The notes: generated by a model from the letters alone, not told the origin. Positions 36,201-47,863 are shown, counted from the stretch's first letter. The stretch is DNA of 64,000 bases from Macrostomum lignano (GCA_002269645.1 NIVC01000735.1:1-64000); one strand, 5' to 3'. Translations and numbers: made by a program.

Positions 36201-36906
36201 GGGGATGGGATGATGATGGTGATGATGGGGATGGTAATAGGATGGTGATGGGGATGGTGATAGGATGGGGATGGGATGGTGATGAGGATGGGGATGGGAA
36301 TGGGATGGGATGCGGTGGGGAAACTGGTTGGTGATCGGTGGGAGGATAGGATAGAACAGGATGTGGCAAGGAGTCAACCAGAAGTTTCTTATTTTCCCCT
36401 CCTGATCCCTGGCGCTGCAGACGCGGCCAGCCGTGGGCTCGATGCTGCGGTCTCCCCGCTTCCCCATCTGGCTGGTGCGGCGCCGCGGCCAGGCCGGGCT
36501 GCTGTTCAGCACGCACTCGCGCCTCATGGAGCACTGGCGCTCGGAGACGGCCTTCCACCTGTACTATTACACCGGCCTGGCCAGCCAGTTCCGGCCCTGC
36601 CGCCTCTCCGTGGACACCCGCCAGGCCCGGGTGGCCACCGCCCGCAAGTCGGCCCGCCGGCGCTACCGGCAGATGCTGCAGGAGCAGCAGCAGCTCGAGC
36701 AGCTGCAGCAGCAGCGGCGGCGCAGCAGCCGGCAGTCGCAGCCTCCGCCGCAGCCAACAGAGCCGGTCGGTAACGACGAGTCAACTGATGAGGAGGACCA
36801 GCATCCGCAGCATCATCAGCGGGGCCACCTGCTCGAGCGGCTGATCCAGACTCGCTGGCCCGGAGCCCAAGTTGAGTGGCCGCAGGGCGTTACGCCGTTC
36901 TTTTGA
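33241..36906 (+). CDS. MINDY4B: MINDY4/FAM188B-family deubiquitinase homologue, predicted inactive (MINDY4B-like)
   Basis: Exons 33241-33440, 33811-34495, 35578-35856 and 36421-36906. Motifs: GCLLLLYCLVLSRG, LLLTGAAC, VGSMLRSPRFPIW, FHLYYYTG, LERLIQTRWPGA. The GGPCG and SESH catalytic motifs are absent. Confidence 0.8.
33568..33782. repeat. 21-bp minisatellite
   Basis: (gggtagaattcagaagccaag)n. Confidence 0.95.
34600..34960. repeat. 27-bp minisatellite
   Basis: (aacagtctatggcccaatcccagaatt)n. Confidence 0.9.
35866..36312. repeat. Degenerate (GATGG/GAT) low-complexity repeat
   Basis: gatggtgatggggatggtaatag-type units fill a MINDY intron. Confidence 0.9.
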
Positions 36907-37047
36907 AGGCTCGCCAGCCCGCAGCTCCGCACTGGAATCCACTGGGAGCTGGCCTGACAGATTTACTCCGCACTCACCTGCTCGAAGAATACAATACCTG
37001 TACTCTTCTTCATCAGGCCGTTAGTTTTCCTTGAGCAGCTAAACATC

Positions 37048-37505
37048 TCTTCCCCACACCCTTCCCCACACCCTGTTCATACCCTTGCCCACACTCTGTT
37101 CATACCCTTCCCCACACTCTGTTCATACCCTTCCCCACACCCTGTTCATACCCTTCCCCACACCCTTCCCCCACACCCTTCCCCCACACCCTTCTCCCAT
37201 ACCCTTCCCCACACCCTGTTCATACCCTTGCCCACACTCTGTTCATACCCTTCCCCACACCCTTCCCCCACACCCTTCTCCGACACCCTTCCTCAAACTC
37301 TTCTCCACACCCTTCCCCACACCCTTCCCCACACCCTGTTCATACCATTCCCTACACCCTTCCCACACACCCTTCCTCCACACCCTTCTCCCACACCCTT
37401 CTCCGACACCCTTCCCACACACCCTTCTCCTACACCCTTCCTCATACTCTTCTCCACAGCCTTCCTCATACAATCCCCTACACCCTCCCCCACACACTTT
37501 CCCAC
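37048..37505. repeat. Degenerate C-rich minisatellite
   Basis: (cacacccttcccc / ctgttcatacccttcccc)n. Confidence 0.85.
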
Positions 37506-38159
37506 ACGAACGGCCACATTGAAATCGATTGCTGGTTTTGACGTTGTTCTCTTTGTTTTATTTTCAATATTTTCTGTCAATCTGTGATATTCTTCGGTAG
37601 CCTCCGTTTGCTTCAAGTAGCTCCAGCTCTATCGTTAATTTGCTGCCTATTAGTTTGAGTTTTTTAGTTCATTCCAAGTGGCTTTTTCTTTTTTGCCTGC
37701 CTTTTTCAGTGGGAATTCAGCAACATTGCTGTCTTTGTTTTTTATTACTATGAGTAGTAGCTCTGCATAGCAGCAGAATTTCAGTGATGTAGCAGCGCTT
37801 CTTGTGCCTTGCTTTCCGTCTTCTGCTTTTAGTTTGTCTGTCCGTCCTTACAGCAGAGTACCTGTCCTTCCGATCCCAGGGCTGTCCTCTGCTTTTATCC
37901 TTGTAATATGCCTGTAGCACCTTTGCCTTCTGTTGAGCTGTCCGTGTATTGGCCCCAGCCTGCTCAAGACTGTATTTTACTTTGATGGCTCGTATTCAAC
38001 TGGTAAAGTTTTTCTACTGTTCTAAATACATTTTTTATTTCGTTCATATTTTTCCAAGTTTTTATATATGAGCAGAATATTGATTGAATTGATTGTTTAG
38101 TGCATTGGAATCGTTGACTGCTGCTATGCTTTAAATAAGATTTCAGGAAAAAGTTTCTT

Positions 38160-38700
38160 AAAAATATTCTAAAAGCATATTATTGAATAGTTTCTTAGAA
38201 AGATCCTAAAAGCATAATTTGAATAGTTTCTTAGAAAGTTTTTAAAAGCATAATACTGAATAGTTTCTTAGAAAGATTTTAAAACAATACTGAATAGTTT
38301 CTTAGAAAGATCCTAAAAGCATAAAACTGAATAGTTTCTTAGAAAGTTTTTAAAAGCATAATACTGAATAGTTTCTTAGAAAGATTTTAAAACAATATTG
38401 AATAGTTTCTTTGAAAGATTTTTAAAAAAACAATATTGAATAGTTTCTTAGAAAGATTTTAAAAACAATATTGAATAGTTTCTTAGAAAGATTTTAAAAA
38501 AGCAATATTGAATAGTTTCTTAGAAAGATTTTTAAAAAGCAATATTGAATAGTTTCTTAGAAAGATCCTAAAAGCATAATACTGAATGGTTTCTTAGAAA
38601 AATTTTAAAACAATATTGAATAGTTTCTTAGAAAGATCCTAAAAGCATAATATTGAATAGTTTCTTAGAAAGATTTTAATAGCAGGATATTGAATTTTTT
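38160..38700. repeat. AT-rich ~35-38-bp minisatellite
   Basis: (attgaatagtttcttagaaagattttaaaagcaat)n. Confidence 0.9.
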
Positions 38701-38960
38701 CTTAAAAGTATCATATGATCAGAATATTAAACTGCTTCTTAAAATTATCCCATAAGCCTATTACTCAGCTTTTTTCTAATAAATCCCAGAAAAACAATAA
38801 GCAACTCAACTAGGCAGAATATATCTTAAAATTTTTTAATGTTCAGCAGCGTTTCTTCGCTTTGAAGCCGTTGTGTTTAGAAACGGTTTTATACGAAATG
38901 GTTTAATTTAAATTCCAATTTTCTTAGAAACCGCTCACTTTCCGTACCCCGCTAGAAGCG

Positions 38961-41712
38961 ATGAATTTGCTGGCCAAAGCCGTGCTGGGCCTGCCGCTCT
39001 GCCTGCTGGCGTTCGGCCTCGCCCGCAGCCTCCTGTTCGACCTGGTGGCCGGCAGATGGCACCAGGCCAGCCGAGAGAACTCGGCCGGCAAGCGGGTGCT
39101 GGTCACCGGCTCCAGCCGCGGCATCGGCGAGGCGCTGGCGCACGTGTACGCCGAAGTGGGAGCTCACGTCACCGTCCATGCCAGGAGCCTCAACTCACTG
39201 CAGGAGGTGCTGCCGGCTGATTCACTGCGCTTTCCCCCATCCCGTCACTCATTTCCCCCATCCCGTCACCCATTTCCCCCATCCCGTCACTCATTTCCCC
39301 CATCCCGTCACTCATTTCCCCCATCCCGTCACTCATTTTCCCATCCCGTCACTCATTTCCCCCATCCCGTCTCTCATTTCACCATCCCGTCTCTCATTTT
39401 CCCATCCCGTCTCTCATTTTCCCATCCCGTCACTCATTTCCCCCATCCCGTCTCTCATTTCACCATCCCGTCTCTAATTTTCCCATCCCGTCACTCATTT
39501 TCCCATCCCGTCACTCATTTTCCCATCCCGTCACTCATTTCCCCCATCCCGTCTCTCATTTCACCATCCCGTCTCTCATTTTCCCATCCCGTCACTTATT
39601 CCCCCATCCCGTCTCTCATTCCCCATCCCGTCACTCATTCCCCATCCCGTCACTCATTCCCCATCCCGTCACTCATTTCCCCCATCCCGTCACTCATTCC
39701 CCATCCCGTCACTCATTCCCCATCCCGTCACTCATTCCCCATCCCGTCACTCATTCCCCATCCCGTCACTCATTCCCCATCCCGTCACTCATTCCCCATC
39801 CCGTCACTCATTCCCCATCCCGTCACTCATTCCCCCATCCCGTCACTCATTCCCCATCCCGTCACTCATTCCCCCATCGCAGGTGGTCGCCGAGTGCCGC
39901 AGGCGGGGCGCGGCCAGCGTGCACCCGATCGCGGCCGACCTGTCCAAGCCCGGCGAGGCCGCCCGTCTGGTGGCCGCCGCGGCCGCAGCGATGGGCGGCC
40001 TGGACATTGCGGTGGTGAACCACATCAGCCCGTCCGAGTTCGCCACTGTGGCCCGGGCCGCCCCGGACTCTGCACAGGGGCAGCGGGCCGCCATGCAGAC
40101 GAACTACTTCAGCTACGCTGAGGCCGCCCGGGCCGCCCTGCCGCACCTGGAGAAGTCGGCCGGCAGCCTCGTGCTGATCTCCTCGGCCGCCGCCCGCCTG
40201 CCCATCCCCTACTGCTACGAGTACTGCGCCTCCAAGCGCGCCCTCGGCGGCTTCTTCTCGGCGCTGCGCCAGGAGCTGGCGCTGAACGGGTCGGCCGTGC
40301 ACGCCGGCCTGGCCCTCATCGGCAGCATCGGCACCGAGAGCGCGCGCCGCGTGTTGCCGTGAGTTGGGCCTTGGGATAAATTTCCTGCTCTGTGCTTATT
40401 TGGCTGGGTCTCTGGGTGTGTGAAAGGATCTCTAGATGGCTAGATGTGCGAAAGAATCTCTAGATGGGGGAAGGATCTCTAGATGGGGAAAGGATCTCTA
40501 GATGGGGAAAGGATCTCTAGATGGGGGAAAGGATCTCTAGATGGGGGAAGGATCTCTAGATGGGGGAAAGGATCTCTAGATGGGGAAGGATCTCTAGATG
40601 GGGAAAGGATCTCTAGATGGGGAAAGGATCTCTAGATGGGGAAAGGATCTCTAAATGTGTAAGAAGATCTCTAAAAGTTTTTTTTCAGTTCTCTAGATGT
40701 TTAGAGGAATCTCAGGGTAGGCAAATAGGTCTCTAAATGAGTTTGAAAATCTCTATATTGGTTCAAGGATCTTTACATTGCCATTTTTCTCGATATGGTT
40801 CGGGATCTCTAGATACGCCTCGAGATCTGTCCCAGATATATATCTAGGTATTTCTTGGTACATTTATGCCAGGGTCCTTAGATGGATTTCAGGATATCTA
40901 GATGAGTGACAGGATCTCTAGATGAGTGTCAGGGTCTCTAGATAGGCTCTCTAGATAGGTCTCTTAATATGGGTGTCAGGGTCCTTAGATGGGTCCCAGG
41001 ATCCTTAGATGGCTGTCAGGATCTCTAGATGGGTGCCAGAGTCTTTAGATGGCTGCCAGGATCTCTAGATGGGTGCCAGGATCTCTAGATGGGTCCCAGG
41101 ATCCTTAGATGGCTGTCAGGATCTCTAGATGGGTGCCAGGATCTCTAGATGGGTGCCAGGATCTCTAGATGGCTGTCAGGATCTCTAGATGGGTGCCAGA
41201 GTCTTTAGATGGGTGCCAGGATCTCTAGATGGGTGCCAGAGTCTTTAGATGGGTGCCAGGATCTCTAGATGGGTGCCAGGATCTCTAGATGGGTGCCAGG
41301 ATTTCTAGATGGGTGCCAGGATCTCTAGATGGGTGCCAGGATTTCTAGATGGGTGTCAGGATCTCTAGATGGGTGCCAAGATCTCTAGATGGGTGCCAGG
41401 ATCTCTAGATGGGTGCCAGGATCTCTAGATGGCTGCCAGGATCTCTAGATGGCTGCCAGGATCTCTAGATAGGTGCTGTCTGTACTTCTCAGCTCAGCGA
41501 CATGTGCCACGTGTCCTCAATGCAGGAAGTACTACAAGGTGAGCATTCCGCTGGCGTCGCCCGCCGACACCGCCATGGACATCGCCGCCATCCCGGTGGG
41601 CCGGCTGCGCGAGCTGGCGAGTCCTTGGACCATCCGGCCGGTGGTGCTGCTGGCGGAATTTGCGCCGGAGTTCGTGGAGCAGCAGATGCAGTCGCTGTCC
41701 AGGCATTTCTAG
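38961..41712 (+). CDS. Short-chain dehydrogenase/reductase, 11beta-hydroxysteroid dehydrogenase 1-like
   Basis: Exons 38961-39206, 39883-40358 and 41526-41712. N-terminal hydrophobic anchor, TGSSRGIG (TGxxxGxG), VVNH (the LNH-type motif of HSD11B1/HSD11B1L), catalytic Ser in ISSAAA and YCASK (YxxxK). Confidence 0.85.
39232..39878. repeat. 19-21-bp minisatellite in SDR intron 1
   Basis: (ccccatcccgtcactcatt)n, running up to the acceptor. Confidence 0.95.
40425..41471. repeat. ggatctctagat-core minisatellites (19-20 bp) in SDR intron 2
   Basis: (ggatctctagatggggaaa)n, then degenerate copies, then (ggatctctagatgggtgcca)n. Confidence 0.9.
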
Positions 41713-41824
41713 AGACCTGGATTGGTGGCCATGGACCGTTGCTGAAGCTGCGACTGCATTGGACCTTCAGCAGCTGATCGATTTCGTGGGGTGTACGGAT
41801 ATAGGCTACTGCTCTGCATGCAGG

Positions 41825-42440
41825 GGTGAGATTTAAGGAGTTGAGCTAGTGATCTAGCGGTGAGATTTAAGGAGATAAGCTAGTGATCTAGCGGTGAGAT
41901 TTAAGGAGATAAGTTAGTGATCTAGCCGTGAGATTTAAGGAGATAAGCTAGTGAACTAGCGGTGAGATTTAAGGAGTTAAACTAGTGAACTAGAGGTGAG
42001 ATTTAAGGAGTTAAGCTAGTGAACTAGAGGTGAGATTTAAGGAGTTAAGCTAGTTGATTTAGGGGTGAGATTTAAGGAATTACGCTAGTGATTTAGGGGT
42101 GAGATTTAAGGAGTTGAGCTAGTGAACTAGAGGTGAGATTTAAGGAGTTAAGCTAGTGAACTAGAGGTGAGATTTAAGGAGTTAAGCTAGTTGATTTAGG
42201 GGTGAGATTTAAGGAATTACGCTAGTGATTTAGGGGTGAGATTTAAGGAGTTGAGCTAGTGAACTAGAGGTGAGATTTAAGGAGTTAAGCTAGTGAACTA
42301 GAGGTGAGATTTAAGGAGTTAAGCTAGTTGATTTAGGGTGAGATTTAAGGAATTACGCTAGTGATTTAGGGGTGAGATTTAAGGAGTTGAGCTAGTGAAC
42401 TAGGGGTGAGATTTAAGGAGTTAAGCAAGTGATTAAGGGT
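41825..42440. repeat. ~34-bp minisatellite with recurring variant blocks
   Basis: (tagaggtgagatttaaggagttaagctagtgaac)n. Confidence 0.9.
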
Positions 42441-42645
42441 ATTTAGCCTGTGCTTGCGGCTGGCCATGTTGCTGAAGTGATGCTCGAGAGGTTTCTGTTT
42501 CCCAGTTTTTACAAATAAATCAAACAACTTTTTAATTTTTCTAGAAATTAGATTTTCATTGTGCTCAAAATGTCACCTCTTCTGCCTTTTCCATTATTTT
42601 GGTTTGAAAGCCTGGCCTCTTGACTGTTCTGAGCCAGAGCGTCTG

Positions 42646-43530
42646 CTCATGACCGGTGTGTGCTCATGACCAGTGTGTGCTCATGACCGGTGTGTGCTCA
42701 TGACCGGTGTGTGCTCATGACCGGTGTGTGCTCATGACCGGTGTGTGCTCATGACCGGTGTGTGCTCATGACCAGTGTGTGCTCATGACCAGTGTGTGCT
42801 CATGACCGGTGTGTGCTCATGACCGGTGTGTGCTCATGACCAGTGTGTGCTCATGACCAGTGTGTGCTCATGACCGGTGTGTGCTCATGACCGGTGTGTG
42901 CTCATGACCAGTGTGTGCTCATGACCGGTGTGTGCTCATGACCAGTGTGTGGTCATGACCAGTGTGTGCTCATGACCAGTGTGTGCTCATGACCGGTGTG
43001 TGCTCATGACCGGTGTGTGCTCATGACCAGTGTGTGCTCATGACCAGTGTGTGCTCATGACCGGTGTGTGCTCATGACCGGTGTGTGCTCATGACCAGTG
43101 TGTGCTCATGACCGGTGTGTGCTCATGACCAGTGTGTGGTCATGACCAGTGTGTGCTCATGACCAGTGTGTGCTCATGACCGGTGTGTGCTCATGACCGG
43201 TGTGTGCTCATGACCGGTGTGTGCTCATGACCAGTGTGTGCTCATGACCAGTGTGTGCTCATGACCGGTGTGTGCTCATGACCGGTGTGTGCTCATGACC
43301 AGTGTGTGCTCATGACCGGTGTGTGCTCATGACCAGTGTGTGGTCATGACCAGTGTGTGCTCATGACCGGTGTGTGCTCATGACCGGTGTGTGCTCATGA
43401 CCGGTGTGTGCTCATGACCGGTGTGTGCTCATGACCGGTGTGTGCTCATGACCGGTGTGTGCTCATGACCGGTGTGTGCTCATGACCGGTGTGTGCTCAT
43501 GACCGGTGTGTGCTCATGACCGGTGTGTGC
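42646..43530. repeat. 17-bp minisatellite, ~52 copies
   Basis: (tcatgaccRgtgtgtgc)n. Confidence 0.95.
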
Positions 43531-43641
43531 TGATCACCATAAGTGGAAGAACTTAAAACAGTGAAAATTAACTTGCTTTACAAAAAATATTGGAACAAAG
43601 TGCCCAATGTGAATAGTTTCGTTGTCAATTGTAAAAAAGCA

Positions 43642-44911
43642 TTAACCACTTCGCGCCCAAGCTAATTGGTTCTGTAAGATGGCTTAAAAGCCCAAAGGCC
43701 TGCAGAGCAGTCCATAGACAAATTTGTCTTTTTTGCTGAATCGAGTGCACACCCTAGAAGCCCAGAAGTAAAGTATACCACAGAGTTTTTCAGCTAGCTC
43801 CTGTTCAAACCTTCCTACCCACAAATGGCTTCTACGCTGCCGAATAGGACAGCTAAAAGTAACGCCTTGCGTACACTGGGACTCGATTCCGATTCGAAAG
43901 ACTCTTTATCAAGCAATAGGCCGTATGAATAAACTGAGCAAATGCTCAAACTCAAGCAAATGCTCAGGTCAATAAGAATAAGTTGAGCATTTGCTCCGAC
44001 TCATGAGAAAATTCTCAGCTGCAGAGCAATTACTCCAGTCAGTAAGAATAAAAACATGGCCATAGACAAAAGATCGGAGCAATTGCTCACAAAATGTTGA
44101 GACAGCTACCTAGCTGACTCAACTGGCAAGCAACTGCAGTTGAATGGCGGAATTTATGCCTGAAATCGCTCCTGCAAGGCGCAAGCTCTACCTTGAAAGG
44201 CTTTCGTCTGATGTCCTTCGAGATTGCGAGTACCAGCGGCTGTTCAGATTCTCCCGCGACAGCGTTGACCTGCTCACGGCAAGCTTCCTTGACAACAGTC
44301 AGGAATTCCCTAACTGCTACGCTTTTTGTTGAGTTGCCTGCTAAGTTTACTGCCTGCTAAGACTCGACGGTTTTTGAGTTTTTTATCAATCTTCCTGACT
44401 GAAGAGTTTCTCACCACAGTCTTGTCACATGGACCAATGAGCGAATGTGGTTGGCAGTCAGGGAGTTCCAGCAGGAGAGTGCAGAAAATGGCGAGGAAGA
44501 GAGCGAGAGTTGTTGTTGAGCTTAGCCGCGAAGTGCTGGGCGAAGGATACCACAAATACACGGACGACTCCCAGCAACAGAAGGCCAGACTCGCCCAAGC
44601 AAACGATTCCGAATTTGAAACCTGACGTTACAGCTAAGAAGACAGTATTTTGCTGCAGCCAATGTCCCGGAAATCCTGGTCTCTGTCCAGATCCATGCTA
44701 ATTCATCCACGCTTTATTTCCCCTTTAACATTTCCCATTTGAGTGAAAACACAATGGAAATGCATAATGAAGGTCTTTAAATCAGTCATGGCCTGCACAG
44801 CAGCCATACTGGGCACTTGCTTTAGTGATTGGGAGATGATTTTTGATGCCATAGACATTTTTCAATTTCGGTATGGCCTGCAGTGCAGGCCTTTGGCTTC
44901 CAAATGGTTAA
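43642..44911 (+). mobile_element. Internally deleted, non-autonomous piggyBac-like DNA transposon
   Basis: TTAA at 43642-43645 and 44908-44911. Imperfect inverted repeat: AAGCCCAAAGGCCTGCAGAGCAGTCCATA (~43688-43716) versus the reverse complement of ~44870-44900. Remnant peptides FLSIFLTEEFLTTVL and KTVFCCSQCPGNPGLCPDPC*..H resemble the piggyBac N-terminal helix and C-terminal Cys-rich domain. Confidence 0.65.
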
Positions 44912-45056
44912 ACACTGCATGGTACTGTCACTACTGTCAGTAGCAGCTAGTAAGGCGCTTGTCTGCTTATCATTACTCGATTCTTTGGTTAGTGGCTCAG
45001 AACTACGCATTCTGTAATTTAAAAAATCGAAGTCAGTTACGATTTACAAGCGCACA

Positions 45057-47527
45057 TTAAACAATCAAGATATCGCTGCAGAGTTTGAATGGCAGAAAAG
45101 ACTTGTCTTCATCTCCGAGAGCAGTCAGACCTGGCTCGTCAAGGTCAGCACGAAGAGACAACAAGCGGCCACTGCGGCAGCTGCGGCAGCTGCAGTTGAA
45201 GTTTGGGAATCGAAGCTGCTCTATGCAGACCCGCTCGCAGTTGTCAGCGCTCATGGTTGCCTCCCCTGTAGCCTAGTGGAGGGGCTGTAGCCTAGTAGAG
45301 GGGCTGTAGCCTAGTGGAGGGGCTGTAGCCTAGGGGGGGGGGTTGTAGCCTAGTGGAGGGGCTGTAGCCTAGTAGAGGGGCTGTAGCCTAGTGGAGGGGC
45401 TGTAGCCTAGGGGGGGGTTGTAGCCTAGTGGAGGGGCTGTAGCCTAGTGGAGGGGCTGTAGCCTAGTAGAGGGGCTGTAGCCTAGTGGAGGAGCTGTAGC
45501 CTAGGGGAGGGGCTGTAGCCTAGGGTGGGGGGGGGTTGTAGCCTAGTGGAGGGGCTGTAGCCTAGTGGAGGGGCTGTAGCCTAGTAGAGGGGCTGTAGCC
45601 TAGTGGAGGGGCTGTAGCCTAGTGGAGGGGCTGTAGCCTAGGGGGGGGGGGTTGTAGCCTAGTGGAGGGGCTGTAGCCTAGTGGAGGGGCTGTAGCCTAG
45701 TAGAGGGGCTGTAGCCTAGTGGAGGAGCTGTAGCCTAGGGGAGGGGCTGTAGCCTAGGGGGGGGGGGGTTGTAGCCTAGTGGAGGGGCTGTAGCCTAGTG
45801 GAGGGGCTGTAGCCTAGTGAAGGGGCTGTAGCCTAGGGGGGGGGGGGTTGTAGCCTAGTGGAGGGGCTGTAGCCTAGTGGAGGGGCTGTAGCCTAGTGGA
45901 GGGGCTGTAGCCTAGTGAAGGGGCTGTAGCCTAGGGGGGGGTTGTAGCCTAGTGGAGGGGCTGTAGCCTAGTGGAGGGGCTGTAGCCTAGTGGAGGAGCT
46001 GTAGCCTAGTGGAGGGGCTGTAGCCTAGTGGAGGGGCTGTAGCCTAGTGGAGGGGCTGTAGCCTAGTGGAGGGGCTGTAGCCTAGTGGAGGGGCTGTAGC
46101 CTAGTGGAGGGGCTGTAGCCTAGTGGAGGGGCTGTAGCCTAGTGGAGGGGCTGTAGCCTAGTGGAGGGGCTGTAGCCTAGTGGAGGGGCTGTAGCCTAGT
46201 GGAGGGGCTGTAGCCTAGGGGGGGGAGGGTTGTAGCACAAAAAAACAATTTGTATCCTTGAGCAAGACACTTAACCCTACATTGCTTCAGTTCACCCAAC
46301 TGTAAAATGGGTGCCAGCATTAGCTGGGGTAATTGAGGGTGTGTGGCGACCCTCCAGTCCTTTGACTGAACGCAGGCTTCAGATGCGCCGCGCAATAGCT
46401 GCGGCTGAGATGTCGGTTGCACATCTGCCCATTAGAGTAGATGTAATCAATTATTATTTATTATTATTAGTCTGTTAGAGAGGCTTTGTCAGCTGGTAAT
46501 TGCAGTTCCCCACCCTCTATGAGGCCATCATCGCTGGGATGGCTGGGGGTATAATTGTTTTCAGATAAGCTATTTTCAAGCAGGGCGATGTCCTTGGAGC
46601 TGCGCTCACCCCAAGCGGAAAGTAGGATCTGCATCTTGTGGATCCCGGACAGCTGGACGTTAAGTTGCTGTTCTGGCTGGACAGTGACTCCGTCCGATTG
46701 TAGCAGCTGATGGCTTGACCGCCGTCAAGAACACGCGGCTGATCAAGATGGACATTGTCAGCTGGCATATCAGGACTGCAACACACTCTGGAATGCTAGT
46801 GAGTGGACATTGTCAGCTAACATATCAGGACTGCAACACACTCTGGAATGCTAGTGAGTGGACATTGTCAGCTAGCAGATCAGGACTGCAACACACTCTG
46901 GAATGCTAGTGAGTGGACATTGTCAGCTAGCAGATCAGGACTGCAACACACTCTGGAATGCTAGTGAGTGGACATTGTCAGCTAACATATCAGGACTGCA
47001 ACACACTCTGGAATGCTAGTGGGTGGACACTGTCAGCTGGCATATCAGGACTGCAACACACTCTGGCCTCACAACCAGCTAGCTCCAGATACTGGTTCGA
47101 CCCCATCGGGGCTGGCCACCAGTGCTGGACTGTCAGGCGTGGGGTGGAAGGTCCGCTGGCCACGGACACGAAGGCTGGTTTTACGGCCTCGCTGGGAGTG
47201 ACCCTGGTGGACCTGGTGGCAGGCCCGCCGAAATGCCCTCTGCCCACTACTCGCGCGTTGGCGCGGTGGTGCAGGGCCCCTGTCCGGAGGCGGGTGGGAC
47301 AATGGCAGCTGGCTGTGCCATGTTGCAGCCAGATTGCCCCCGTAGGTCCAAGGACCAGGTGACCCAGCTTGGCCGTCAGCAACAACAACAACAACAACAA
47401 CAACAACAAAACACTCTGGAATGCTAGTAGGTGGACATTGTCAGCTGGCAGATCAGAAGCAGTCAGGCTGCAAATTACCAAAGCAGACGAGGGCGAAGAT
47501 GAGCGGCAGCAGAGAGGACCCGGCCAT
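45057..47527 (-). CDS. Putative 4-exon gene for a small secreted Cys-containing protein (weak model)
   Basis: Signal-peptide-like exon 47479-47527 (MAGSSLLPLIFALVCF, gtaatt donor). Candidate exons ~47075-47366, 46610-~46712 (gtgagc donor) and 45057-45265 (ADNCERVC...CSCRSC). One frame combination is phase-consistent; the middle frames are ambiguous. Confidence 0.35.
45268..46235. repeat. 19-bp minisatellite with G-run variants
   Basis: (tagcctagtggaggggctg)n. Confidence 0.95.
46243..46469 (+). mobile_element. CORE-like SINE fragment, copy 2
   Basis: gtatccttgagcaagacacttaaccc...ctgtaaaatgggtgccagcattagctgggg with an (ATT)n tail; clearly homologous to 1282-1510. Confidence 0.65.
46750..47065. 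repeat. 55-bp minisatellite, with a detached copy at ~47410-47455
   Basis: (gtggacattgtcagctagcagatcaggactgcaacacactctggaatgctagtga)n. Confidence 0.9.
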
Positions 47528-47863
47528 GTTGAGTCGTGCGCAGTCAGTGAATCTGCTTCTCTATTGTCACAACCCGCTTGCCGAGGACCAACTTATAGAC
47601 GTCAGGGACAAAAGAATGATAAAAAGAAAAATAAAAAATTTGCTACAATGCATGCCTCAGCATCCACGGGGGCATAAATGATGCATAATTAGCCAACCAT
47701 CTGAATTTATGGCTGACAAACCATATGGGGACCCGACGAGCTGGCTGCCAACTTGTAGGCTTGCCTGCACCCGACTCAGTCCGACCAAGCCTTAAAGATT
47801 CTGCTATCTTCATCCCGAGTTTGCAGCCAGGCTTTGGGCACCGCCGAAAATCAAGGCAGCACA

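Noticed and set aside
37717-37960. Minus-strand peptide QKAKVLQAYY resembling the LINE KAE.LN.FF motif
   Set aside because: Too short, with no recognisable RT or endonuclease motifs.
44144-44332. YQRLFRFSRDSVDLL resembling a Harbinger transposase N-terminus
   Set aside because: A short match inside an element whose TTAA ends and Cys-rich tail fit piggyBac better.
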